From Podarcis liolepis (Eukaryota), in the NCBI GenBank assembly GCA_965112155.1, contig OZ218101.1: a DNA stretch of 64,000 bases; one strand, given 5' to 3'. Below are positions 53,041-64,000 of this stretch, piece after piece. The first letter of the stretch is position 1. The number at the start of each line of letters is the position of its first letter. Under the pieces are notes generated by a model that was not told the origin of the DNA, searched no databases, and saw nothing but the letters and a program-made list of their open reading frames with translations. The position numbers were made by a program, and so were the translations under genes.

Positions 53041-56000
53041 CAGACTGACTAACCCCCTGCAACTGTTTGGGGTTATTATTAAGATAAGACATGATTGTCC
53101 GAATTGGCCCACTCTCAAAGAAGGCAATCACAGTACTTTAATATATTTTTATTTGCTGTTGTTCTTATGTAATTCTGTTTAACATTGGGGGGGGGGATAT
53201 GCTTAAAATATGATAAAAATAAAGATTCCATCAGAGTTAAATTATTGTCTAGTCATTCTCATGGGACTATAAAATGAACTACTTTTAAATAGGGAATAAC
53301 ACAAATGTTAAATATCTCTCTAGTTGCACAAAATATTATAAACTATTATTTAACCTGTAGAATGCAATGGTCAAATATTTAGTGCTTATTGTAATGAATA
53401 TTCAGTGACTTCATATAATACAGATTTAGGCAATCACATTGCAATACAACCTAGTTCATCTTTTTAAGATTTTCCTGTCCGAGGCACCTGTTTAAGAAAG
53501 GAAATTATCCGCCACATTGCTTGGGCCAAAATTATCTATGAGTTCAAACGAAGCACAACAAGAATTCTAATTCTGAGTACGATATCAGAAAGCAAAGCTT
53601 TATAACATTGTGAATAAAGGATAATGACATAAAATATTTGGTTCATTTTAATTACTGTTATTCTGTGTACTGATTCACCATCTTATGATATTCAAGCCTC
53701 AAGTATGAAATTTTTTAAGCCCAGGAACCCTTTAAAACATAACATTTCAAAAAGTAATTCATGGAAAACTCCACTGATTCCCTGCTTAACATGATAATTT
53801 GCTTTCAGTCCCCTCTCAGATGACCTGATTTATTGTGCCATAAGCTTCTGTAGGTAATACACTAACTTTTGTCAGACACCAATGCTACCACACTCAAATT
53901 ATTTATGCTGCTATAGACTAACACTGTTGCTTGTCTCAAATTATAGTTTATGTGGGATTTCTGGCTCCAGATTCAGAGGTTACAATAGCTCACCTCTATT
54001 ATTTATTTACCTTTCTCATTTATAGTTTAATAACATACACAAGAACTTCCCTATAAATTAAGCTTTCACACACACTTATTATTTTATCCTAAATCAGAAC
54101 ATTCTATGTTGCATACTAAAGTTGATGTTCCACCCTATCTTCTCTGTATTCTTTTACGAAATTGCCTGCCCAGAAATTTGAGTCTCGTAATTAATTACCC
54201 GGGTTCTAAAATTTAAGCTGACTTCTTGAGCCTATGGAAATGGAATGGTGCCAGACACCCTTAGGCATGTCCAAAATATTGTGCATCATGTAACAGTCTT
54301 GCAGCAACTTTCAAGAATCAGACAAGAGACGAATAAATTACTCAGTGAACAAGCTGTGTTCCAGGCTCCATTAGTTGTAATTACACCCCAAATATGCTCA
54401 GCACAATGCACACATGTCAGCTGGAAGTGACACACAATAGAGCAGCCAACTTATAAACTCCTTCACGCACAGAAAGGAGTCCATAAAGCAACTGACTTTA
54501 TGCATTTGGATTCATGTGATAACACCTCCTCCTGCATAAACCACCAGATCACACAGATGGGGCAAATCCAAACATGAAAATGCTTCTTTTGTTTCGGCAT
54601 TGATATCTATTCAAGCAACAAACTGCGGAAAGCTGTGGACAAAGCACCGCAATCTTTGCTCTTTTTACACCCCAGACAGTGTAACTGTTGCACAAAATAA
54701 TATATCATAACACACCTGCGGCTTGCAAGAGCTTTAAACAACAACAAAAATAACTGCTGAAGTTGTAAATGGGCTACAAAAAGGGAGCAGACTGGAACAC
54801 ATGAAGCTTGTAAAAACAGTAACATTCGTACATATGCACATAAGCTTGCTGCTGATTTGACCTTTCCAGTTTTTAAAAATAAAAATCTCTCCTGCCAACA
54901 GATCTTCAGAGTCTACTGCAGTTCCATATAAGTTAAGGATGAAGATCGCAGGTCAGTAAAACGTATGCCTGAATAAAATAGTAAGACTCAAACTGAGTTC
55001 TGCTCTGTGGATGAGGCCACATTACAAGTGTTTCCACAGAGTCACTCTGGTCAAACTATGGAACTGCAATGTTTTAATCACAAGGCTGACATGTTCTGTT
55101 CTAAGCAGCTATTGCTGTTTTCTCCCTTATTGGCTAGTAATTCCTATATTCCTCCAGGGTCAACCTGGCAAACATAAACAAAATGGGAGAATATCTCTTA
55201 TAATTTAGTTTCCTCTTTGCTACATGATGCAGCCTAGTAATTAAACCACTCACTTCATAGTGTATCCCTAGCTATGCTCTGGCAACTAATAACATTACTA
55301 TTGTTTATTTATAAAATGTATATACTGTTTAATATTTAAAAATCTCTTTTTTATTTAAAAAAATCTCTTTTTAAAAGCAGTTTATGTACAATATAATTGG
55401 AGGGGTCACTATAAATTCCAATAAATACAACTAATAAAAGCTAAATAAGAGCAGAATAAAACTATATCAAAGAAAGAGCTGAGAATTTCACAAAAAATGG
55501 AAATAATCATAATAATTTTGCAGCAAATTTCAAGATATTTCCATTCTCTAATTCACTGGTATATTTTGTGGCATTAATATACCTTTGGCCTATGACTACA
55601 CTCTTGTTTCTCTCACTGCACACATCCAACACATGGGTTTCCCAGATCACATTATTATGGCTTTTTGTTTCCTCATCATTTACATACTGAGCCTAATTCC
55701 ACCAAGTCTGGACATGGTTCAGAGCTCTTAAAACCATGCACATATCACAATTCTATTATGGCTTCCATTTAAGGATTATTTGGTCCACCAGTTTGCGGCC
55801 CCTAAGCAAGATCAACCAAGGCCCAAACACAGTAATTCCTGTGAAGTAGGAGGAATTTATTCTTCCCTCTTTCTCGGTTTTACAGTGATCTGTCACCAAT
55901 AGTGAAGGTGTAGCCAACTGCAAGGTTTTTGCAAAGTGTGGGGAACGCCTGCAAGACAAGCTCTTGCAATTCCATCCTTCTGGCATTGGCCATAGCTGAT

Positions 56001-56239
56001 AAAAAGACCTCTCTGTCTGTTGCTCCCTGGCTGTGATCGCTCTAGGGCCAAGTGCACTCCTAGAATGCTCAGCCTGGCAGAACCACTTCTAAGCAGACCA
56101 TCAAGTATTTACTGGAAGGATGTCAAAATCTTTGGAGGCTCCACTGTGGTTTGAGGCAATGATGGGCTTCCTAGGAAAAGACAGCAGGAGGGTGGTAAAC
56201 CAGGTAAGACATATAAGGCACTTTCTCTACAAAAAACAT

Positions 56240-56440
56240 AGGTAAAGGTAAAGGGACCCCTGACCATTAGGTCTAGTCGTGACCGACTCTGGGGTTGTGG
56301 TGCTCATCCCGCTTTACTGGCCGAGGGAGCCGGCATACAGCTTCCGGGTTATGTGGCCAGCATGACTAAGACGCTTCTGCGAACCAGAGCAGCGCACGGA
56401 AACGCCATTTACCTTCCCGCTGGAGCGGTACCTATTTATC
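56240..56440 (-). mobile_element. Sauria SINE, 3' part (split by the Copia insertion)
   Basis: (ACCTTT)n tail and a body matching the other copies in the window; continues at 61599. Confidence 0.9.
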
Positions 56441-56882
56441 TCATGGAACTTTGAAGTGTCAGGCATAGCCCTATTGGCTTTAGCCCAAACGTAGCAGAGT
56501 TTTCCTGCACAGCGAAGAAGCTAGTCGCGGCGGTAATGACTAGTCAGCTAGACTCAGAATAACTATTTACAGGATTTATTAAAAAAGGAAAAATAAAACC
56601 AGCAGAGTTTCTGCATACAAATCAAAGCAAAATAAATCCTCTCTTTCTCTCTCTCAAAACCATACACAGCACTTCTAACTCCTAACACACCTCACATCAA
56701 ACTGAGCTAGCAATCCTAGATAACAGAGTTGAGTGCTGGTCGTTAACCAATCAGAGTGAGTAGTTTCTAGGTCAAGCAGACCTGGGCTTTCTGCCAAGAG
56801 TAAATTGACACCAGCTTGAGTTAATTGTGTGAAGCTAGAATCTGCAAGTTTCCCACGAGAACCAATTAACAGAAACTGAACA
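56441..56882 (-). repeat. Copia 3' LTR (442 bp)
   Basis: Direct repeat of 61157-61598; AATAAA on the minus strand at 56575-56580. Confidence 0.96.
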
Positions 56883-56889
56883 CCCCCTC
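56883..56889 (-). other. Polypurine tract GAGGGGG
   Basis: Directly abuts the TG start of the 3' LTR. Confidence 0.85.
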
Positions 56890-56935
56890 ACAGATTCTGC
56901 TGAACAATTAACATCAAATACACCTATGTAGGAGA

Positions 56936-57640
56936 TCATTTTTCCAGCAAACCTAAACCCTTGCACATTCGCTTGTTCTTTATCTTTGCCAATGGTTTAG
57001 TTAATACATCTGCTACATTTTCTTCACTTGATACATAAGTACAGGTGATTACATTGTCTTGTACACAGCAACGTACATTTTGGTATTTTACAGAGATATG
57101 TTTGGAACGCGATTTGAAACCCTCTGTTTTACTTAAGGTTATACAAGCTTGATTATCAATGTAAACTTGTACTGGTTCTCCACAATTCACATTTAAATCT
57201 GTCAACAAATGCTTGAAATAAATCACCTCGTTGCACAATTCACTCAATGCGGCGTACTCTGATTCCGTTGATGACACACTTACAACGTCTTGCTTGCGTG
57301 ACCGCCAGCTGATTAAAGCTCCACCGACCATTATGACTAGTCCTGTGACAGATTTTCTATCTGGCAAATTTCCCCAGTCACTATCACAGTAGCAACTCAA
57401 CATTTCATCCTCGGAAGAATTTAATTGTAACATATAGCCAATTGTCTGTTTGAGATACCTCAGAACTTGTTTTACCCCTTTCCAGGCATTTAGTGTGGGT
57501 TTTGAGACCAATCTACTTAATATGCCTACTGCATAGCTAATATCAGGTCTGGACCACTGTGCTATATACAATAAACTTCCAATTACAGAGTGATATACAT
57601 CAGGATGTTCAAATTCAGGACTCTCATCTATATGAAGTGT
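56936..57640 (-). CDS. Copia pol C-terminal part (end of RT + RNase H), +1 frame relative to the upstream ORF
   Basis: YHSVIGSLLY...SRPDISYAVG, CDSDWG, STESEY, YIDNQ and VADVLTK motifs. Confidence 0.92.
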   Translation of the reverse strand, partial: TLHIDESPEFEHPDVYHSVIGSLLYIAQWSRPDISYAVGILSRLVSKPTLNAWKGVKQVLRYLKQTIGYMLQLNSSEDEMLSCYCDSDWGNLPDRKSVTGLVIMVGGALISWRSRKQDVVSVSSTESEYAALSELCNEVIYFKHLLTDLNVNCGEPVQVYIDNQACITLSKTEGFKSRSKHISVKYQNVRCCVQDNVITCTYVSSEENVADVLTKPLAKIKNKRMCKGLGLLEK

Positions 57641-60600
57641 TTTTTATGAAACCTGGATCCATAGGCACCGCTGCCCCTTTGCAATCCTGCATCCTGTATG
57701 TAGTCAGTAGTTGTTTAACTTTGTTCTGCTGACTAATTAGGCAGCTGCCATCTTGGGCCCAGCACACTTCCAACCCTAGATATGTCCTAACCGGGCCTAA
57801 GTCCTTCACTTTGAACTTACTGGACAATTGCTTGGCAAACCTTTTAGTTTGTTTATCTGTTTTACAGGCATACAATACATCATCTACATAAATCAGACAA
57901 AACTCTTGATCACTGCCTGTACCACGTACATAAACACAATTGTCAGCTGTACTCTGCTTGAAACCAAATGACACTAAGGCCTCATGGAAACATTTGTTCC
58001 AAGATCTTGCAGCCTGTTTGAGACCATATAGAGCTTTGTTTAATTTTAGCACTCTATTGGAACCTGTCTCATAACCAGGCGGTTCGGCTAGATACAGGTC
58101 TTCTGATATTGATGCATGTAAATATGCAGTCTGGATATCAAAATGGTTTAACAGGAGTTTTCTCTTTGCTCCAAGCGTTAAAATCAGCCTTACACTGTCC
58201 CCCTTAGCAGTAGGGGAAAAAGTTTCGTCATAATCTTTTCCAGGCCTCTGAGAATATCCTTGAGCCACTAAACGAGCTTTGTATTTGTACTCTCCTGTCA
58301 CCAGAGGTTTAAGTTTGTACACCCACCTGCAGCCTACAATCTTTGCCCCCTCAGGCGCTGCTACTGGTGTAAAAACCTTGTGCTCATTCAGAGAGGACAT
58401 CTCTTCCTCCATTGCCTGTTTCCAGAGCTCTGCCTCCTCTTTTGGTAACTTTAACACCTCCTGAAAACTCTTGGGTTCTGCAATTACACTAAACACATTT
58501 GCAGTATCTGGAGAAAAACGCACCGGAGGCACTCCTTTGTTTTGTCTTTTAGATCTTCTGGGAGAAAATTTTTCTTCTGACCCACTTTCCTCCTCAGAAC
58601 TACGACCTCTCTTTTGTTGCTTAGCAACTGGGCTCTGGCTAACTCCACTTTCTTGAGAGCTCTTATCTGAACTTTCCTCCCCCTCAGACTCTGATTCTCT
58701 GTGTCTACCTTCAGAGTCATGAAGCTCCTGGGAAGGTTCAAACCAAACCTCAGTATTGGCATGTAGTCTCTCCCAGCCACTATGTTCACAAAAACTGGCA
58801 TTCCTGGAGATCACAATGCCATTTGTCCCTTCAGCAAAGCGGAAACCCTTTCCCAGCTCCTGGTAACCCACAAACACTAACTGTTTGGTCTTAGGATCTC
58901 CCTTCTTTCTCATTTGTTTCGGAATTAATACCCAGGCTTTTGATCCAAACACATGCAAATGGTCAATTTTAGGTTTTTTCTGAAACAATTTAAAGTACGG
59001 GGTTGTACCTATTGTTTGATGAAAGAGCCTATTTTGGAGATAACACGCGGTGAGCATGCTCTCCCCCCAATAAGACATGGGCAAATCAGCATCAGCAAGC
59101 ATGGCAAACATCATATCTTGTAAAGATCTGTTTTTTCGCTCTGCAACGCCATTCTCCTCTGGGGAAAAAACGTTCGTTTTTCTATGCCCAATGCCACGCT
59201 TTTGTAACCAATCTTTAAAGGCATTTGACATAAATTCGCCACCTCTGTCCGTCTGAATCCTTTTGAGTTTAACAGACAGAAATCTTTCCGCAGATGCCAC
59301 CCAGCCTTTAAACTTAGTGAACACGTCACCCTTATTTTTCATGGGAAAAACCCAAGAATAACGCGTGGCGTCATCCACAATTGTTAGTGAAAAACGCAAT
59401 CCACCCCTGCTTACAGCAAATGGACCAATTACGTCCATGTGAACCAGCTGTAGCGGTGACTCACTAACTCTGTCACTTCTGGGGTAAGAGACTCTGTGGG
59501 TTTTAACCTTTTTACACACATTACAATCAAGGTACTTGTTACAACTCTTTAAATTACCCCCATCAGCCAATTCAGACATTTTTAGTACACTTTTCCAGCA
59601 AGCATGCCCCATTTTCCTATGCAATAAGTGCACACAGTTGTCATGTATAGCTTTGTTATTCACTGCAGGCTGAGATTTACTGACTACTGCTGCAACTTGA
59701 GATCCTGCTTTAAGCCAAAACAAGCCTCCCTCTGACTTAGCAGTGCCTAAAATCTCACCAGCCTTCTTAATAATGCAACTGTCTCCTTCAAAATACACTT
59801 TAAACCCAGCTTTTAGCAAACAATCTACAGACATCAGATTGCTCCTTAATGACGGCACACAAAGTACATTTTGCAGGCATTCACGAAGACAAGGAACAAA
59901 AACTGCACCCCCCGAAATCACTTCGGAAGTACTTCCGTCTGCTAGAGCCACCTGGCTGCGCTGTGCTGAGTTCTTGGAAACAAACAATTCATCTGAATTT
60001 ATGATGTGGCGAGACGCTCCCGAATCGACCACCCAGACAGCTTGTTTCTCATCAGCAATCTTGACCTTGGCGGTCACCAGCTGAGCCGACTGTTTTCGTT
60101 TGAAGAATTTCTTTTTACGCTGCTGCTGCTGCTGATCTCGTCTCTGCTCCTGCACCGGCAACTGAGATTTGACCAACTCCGGACATTGTCGTTTTAGATG
60201 CGCTGAAGACCCACATCGGAAACAACGCCTAACAGCAAACGCTGACTCCTCACCAGTACGCTGCTTTTGCGTCACCTCTGGCACGGCATGAGAACTCCTT
60301 CCAAACCGCCCGCCTGTAGAAGCCTCTGCAGCCAACGACCTTTCTTGCCTCTTCTGCCATTCTTCAATCAAACGCCCAGTAACGTAACTGACTGATAAAT
60401 CACGCTCCTGTATGCCTTCTAGAGACAAAACTAAATTATCCCAGCTTTCCGGGAGAGAACTCAAAATAATAGCCACCTTCTCCTGCTGGTCTAATGCACA
60501 GTCTCTTTCCTGGAGCGCAACAAACTTTAACTGTAAACTGTGTAGGTGTTCCTGCATTGTAACCCCAGGCTGTAACATTGCCTTGTACAATGCCTTGCGA

Positions 60601-60899
60601 ATGAACAGCTTGGAAACCGCTGTCTCACGCACATGGAGTTCTTTAAGTGCTTGCCACACACCTCTAGCTGTCTTGATTCCCCTCACATACGGCAACTGGG
60701 AATCTTCCAGCCCCAAGACAATTGTGGCCCTTGCTCTTTGGTCTTTATCGAGGTCTTCATCATCAGGCTTCGTAGGAAACTTACTCACCACTTGCCAGAG
60801 ACGATCCCTCTGCAGCACTGCCTGCATGCGTTCCGACCACAGCAAGTAATTGGAGTCATTCAGACGCTCAAAAGCCATCTGAACTGGTTGTGAGGCCAT
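57624..60899 (-). CDS. Copia gag-pol polyprotein (Gag, CCHC knuckle, protease, integrase, RT), interrupted by a frameshift near its end
   Basis: CFRCGSSAHLKRQC knuckle; VDSGAS protease; HRKMGH..CNVC and VHMD/TDRGGEF/NGVAERKNR integrase; GKGF motif; YKARLVAQG and YVDD RT motifs. Confidence 0.95.
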   Translation of the reverse strand: MASQPVQMAFERLNDSNYLLWSERMQAVLQRDRLWQVVSKFPTKPDDEDLDKDQRARATIVLGLEDSQLPYVRGIKTARGVWQALKELHVRETAVSKLFIRKALYKAMLQPGVTMQEHLHSLQLKFVALQERDCALDQQEKVAIILSSLPESWDNLVLSLEGIQERDLSVSYVTGRLIEEWQKRQERSLAAEASTGGRFGRSSHAVPEVTQKQRTGEESAFAVRRCFRCGSSAHLKRQCPELVKSQLPVQEQRRDQQQQQRKKKFFKRKQSAQLVTAKVKIADEKQAVWVVDSGASRHIINSDELFVSKNSAQRSQVALADGSTSEVISGGAVFVPCLRECLQNVLCVPSLRSNLMSVDCLLKAGFKVYFEGDSCIIKKAGEILGTAKSEGGLFWLKAGSQVAAVVSKSQPAVNNKAIHDNCVHLLHRKMGHACWKSVLKMSELADGGNLKSCNKYLDCNVCKKVKTHRVSYPRSDRVSESPLQLVHMDVIGPFAVSRGGLRFSLTIVDDATRYSWVFPMKNKGDVFTKFKGWVASAERFLSVKLKRIQTDRGGEFMSNAFKDWLQKRGIGHRKTNVFSPEENGVAERKNRSLQDMMFAMLADADLPMSYWGESMLTACYLQNRLFHQTIGTTPYFKLFQKKPKIDHLHVFGSKAWVLIPKQMRKKGDPKTKQLVFVGYQELGKGFRFAEGTNGIVISRNASFCEHSGWERLHANTEVWFEPSQELHDSEGRHRESESEGEESSDKSSQESGVSQSPVAKQQKRGRSSEEESGSEEKFSPRRSKRQNKGVPPVRFSPDTANVFSVIAEPKSFQEVLKLPKEEAELWKQAMEEEMSSLNEHKVFTPVAAPEGAKIVGCRWVYKLKPLVTGEYKYKARLVAQGYSQRPGKDYDETFSPTAKGDSVRLILTLGAKRKLLLNHFDIQTAYLHASISEDLYLAEPPGYETGSNRVLKLNKALYGLKQAARSWNKCFHEALVSFGFKQSTADNCVYVRGTGSDQEFCLIYVDDVLYACKTDKQTKRFAKQLSSKFKVKDLGPVRTYLGLEVCWAQDGSCLISQQNKVKQLLTTYRMQDCKGAAVPMDPGFIKNTSYR

Positions 60900-61146
60900 C
60901 TTGAGAGCGATGTCCCTGGAACCCGGAACCAGCTACTCACGACCACCGAGAGAGAAAACAGGAACCACAGCACCCAGCACTCACACGCTGCAGCTGTTGT
61001 CCTTGCGTCCACTGCGTCACCAGCTCACCACAGTCAGGAACCAGCCAGTGTCCATCTGCTGCACCAACAGGAACAACAACTTCTGGAACTACTGGAACCA
61101 ACGCCGTTGATGCTGACACCACCGCAACTCAGGCTGGCACCACAAT

Positions 61147-61156
61147 GCCCATAACC
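61147..61156 (-). other. Primer-binding site GGTTATGGGC, complementary to the anticodon-arm region of initiator tRNA-Met
   Basis: Immediately follows the 5' LTR; complementary to GCCCAUAACC of tRNA-iMet. Confidence 0.85.
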
Positions 61157-61598
61157 TCATGGAACTTTGAAGTGTCAGGCATAGCCCTATTGGCTTTAGC
61201 CCAAACGTAGCAGAGTTTTCCTGCACAGCGAAGAAGCTAGTCGCGGCGGTAATGACTAGTCAGCTAGACTCAGAATAACTATTTACAGGATTTATTAAAA
61301 AAGGAAAAATAAAACCAGCAGAGTTTCTGCATACAAATCAAAGCAAAATAAATCCTCTCTTTCTTTCTCTCAAAACCATACACAGCACTTCTAACTCCTA
61401 ACACACCTCACATCAAACTGAGCTAGCAATCCTAGATAACAGAGTTGAGTGCTGGTCGTTAACCAATCAGAGTGAGTAGTTTCTAGGTCAAGCAGACCTG
61501 GGCTTTCTGCCAAGAGTAAATTGACACCAGCTTGAGTTAATTGTGTGAAGCTAGAATCTGCAAGTTTCCCACGAGAACCAATTAACAGAAACTGAACA
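61157..61598 (-). repeat. Copia 5' LTR (442 bp)
   Basis: Direct repeat of 56441-56882; one substitution seen by eye. Confidence 0.96.
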
Positions 61599-61716
61599 TT
61601 ATCTACTTGCACTTTGACGTGTTTTCAAACTGCTAGGTTGGCAGGAGCAGGGACCGAGCAATGGGACCTCACCCCATCGCGGGGATTTGAACCACCGACT
61701 TTTGATCAACAAGTCC
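61599..61716 (-). mobile_element. Sauria SINE, 5' part (split by the Copia insertion)
   Basis: ttatctacttgcactttgacg continues the SINE body up to the B-box region. Confidence 0.9.
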
Positions 61717-61869
61717 CATACCCTTCCATTATTGCTTGAAAAGCACTTTGACTCTCCAGGTATGCTCCAGCCTCACATAATTTAGTTTCAATAAGAATCA
61801 TTTTCCTTTAACTCTTTTTATGCAAACACTTATGTGGTCATTTATAATAGCAGCTGAAGCGAAGCTACG

Positions 61870-62600
61870 ACAAATTGTTGCCCTGTGGGATGCTCCTGTT
61901 CAGGGTTTCAGTCACTTCAACATGCCCGTTTCCAGTATACTTCATCCCACGTTCCTTGCCTAGGAGAGCATTTTACCACCTTTGCCTGTTTTACCACCTG
62001 TGGCCATTCCTAGACAGAGACGGCTTAGCAACAACGATTCATACACTGGTAATCTCAAGATTGGATTATTGCAATGAGATCAATGTGGAGCTGGCCTCAG
62101 GTTTGCTTGAACACTGCAGTTAGCACAAAATGTCGCAGCTAAGTGGGACACCACATCACATGCACATATTACCAATGCTTAAAGAATTGTACTGGCTGCC
62201 AAGCCAAGTTTAGGTAACGAAGTTTGAGATAAGGGTATCTGAAGGAATGGCTCTCTCTGTGTAGAACTACCTATCCTCTACAGTTATCAGAAGAAGTCTT
62301 CTGGGTCATGCCATGCCCTATGGAAATTCAGCTTATGACTACTCAGAGAGAGGCTGCCTTTGTAACAGCATCCATCTCAGGGAATGATTTCTACCTGGAT
62401 TTCAAACAGGTACAACAGTATAGATACTTCATTGGCTAGTAAAATATGCCTGTTCACTCTGGTATTGAGGACCTTGGATACATTTTTATTGTTCCTTAGA
62501 TATGTCAGATGTAACATTTTATTCTCTAATGGTGTTTAATGTGTTTAGTGGATTGACTTAAGTTATTTTATTGTACACTGCCTTGGTAACTTGTGAACAA
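61870..62600 (+). mobile_element. Degraded L2 LINE 3' region
   Basis: IHTLVISRLDYCN and LKELYWLP motifs. Confidence 0.7.
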
Positions 62601-64000
62601 AAGATAACATATACACAGTTGTCATGCTTGTAACAAACAAATTGCCTTTCTGCCTCCTGCTCAACTATCAGTCAGCACATTCTGTGGACCATTTTTCAGT
62701 TATTATTAGGTGCCCCCACCCTGCCCTAAAGATCTTTCAAACTTCTCTATAAAACCCTGGTATTTCCCTGACTACTGTGCAGGGATGCCCTTTTGAATCC
62801 GTGAAGATCCATAGTCAAGAGAATGAATTCACTCTAAGATTATGGGATCTTGTCACAAAATATGCCCATTATTCAAAAATTCACTTCAAAATATGCAAAA
62901 CAAGTTTGACAAACTTTTCTCATTTGAAAGCTTCTATGATGAACATTGACAAAATGATTACACCAGAAAATATAATCCTAACCTTTTTACTCATACAAGT
63001 CCCCTGAGTAAAATGCAGACATATAAAACTAGGAAAAAAATCAAAGACCTTGTTAAACTGAGGCATAGAACTTGGAATAAATGGAACCTGGATGAGAGTA
63101 CTGGAAGCTCCCAGACAGAATCACAGTATGAACATCCAAGAAAACAAAAATATAATTTTAAAAACATTGCACTAGTTATATCTGTGAATACAAGTGGTGA
63201 TGGTGGGACTGGGGGTATGACACTGCCTGTTACTGGTGGAAGCATAAATATAGCCTTCCAGGTTTCCTCCAGATAGTACAGATAGTCTCTATCCAAGGTC
63301 AGTTTAAGAATTCATGCTGGCAAAGTACCTTTACTGCTTATAGGTACTATCATGTTGATTTCCTGTTCTTGTAGCACAACAGGTACAAGAACTATTTGTG
63401 AATTTATTACTGTATTAGCTTAAAAAGGGGGGAAAGCAATAGTTATTGAAAATAACCCGGCTAATAATTTCCTTCTGACACTTGAGTTTAAAAGGTTAAA
63501 TTACTATCTGAGGAAAGGTAATCTGGCTGCCTCTCACAGCAGCCTGCAAACTCGGCAATCTGCATAGAGAGGAGTATTTGTCATCATTAGCTGAACTGTG
63601 GCAGCTGGTACCCAGGGTGTCCCAGATTCAAGAAGTGGCAAAGGCACTCTCTTCTTTTAACTTGCCATTAGGTGTAGCATGTTTCATAAGCAACAAGATA
63701 TTTTGCAATACAGCATGAGACAACAGCCCTGAATACATCTGCATTTTATATGGCATAAAAACACCCTGATGCTGCATAAATAGTATTATTTGCCTTAAGG
63801 CTACTAGCTCCAAGCCAAACAACCAATACTTTCCGCAGGAAAAAACAAATGGCTTGTATGAAGAACACTTTGGTCATGATTTTTCTTTAAACTATTAAAT
63901 TCCAGTTTTTAAATGCAGTTTGAACCCAATAATGATCACATATTAGAGGACATGTAATAAGCTGTGAAGCAGGAAACTCAAATTTATTTTCATGATCCTA

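Larger units (their letters stand above)
56441..61598 (-). mobile_element. Full-length Ty1/Copia LTR retrotransposon, recent insertion
   Basis: Two 442-bp LTRs, TTATC target-site duplication (56436-56440 and 61599-61603), PBS, PPT, and gag-PR-IN-RT-RH domain order. Confidence 0.97.

Noticed and set aside
58279-60893. Antisense ORFs within the Copia coding region
   Set aside because: Shadow frames of a long coding sequence with no independent motifs.
21363-64000. MAB21L1 coding sequence
   Set aside because: No ~360-aa single-exon plus-strand ORF of that kind appears in the ORF track.

Overview
Vertebrate genomic DNA, most likely a squamate reptile (Sauria-type SINEs are present; probably a lacertid lizard). 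The whole window appears to lie inside the neurobeachin gene (NBEA, minus strand). It contains four phase-compatible coding exons of the PH-BEACH region (21245-21362, 19074-19176, 16368-16483, 9593-9705) and more than 42 kb of the large upstream intron, which in other vertebrates hosts the nested MAB21L1 gene (not found in this window). Two young retroelement insertions stand out. (1) A 4.1-kb quasi-palindromic cluster of two Penelope-like elements (RT + GIY-YIG), each with an internal inversion, bounded by (AT)n tracts and carrying four minimal hammerhead-ribozyme motifs. (2) A near-intact Ty1/Copia LTR retrotransposon inserted into a Sauria SINE, with 442-bp LTRs differing at about one base, a 5-bp TSD, a half-tRNA-iMet primer site, non-canonical TG...GA termini and a single homopolymer frameshift. 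The rest is old L1/L2/CR1 fragments, SINEs, Tc1/hAT MITEs, microsatellites, seven short N gaps and unique non-coding DNA that may include conserved enhancers. All calls were made by eye from sequence and recalled family motifs, with no database searches.
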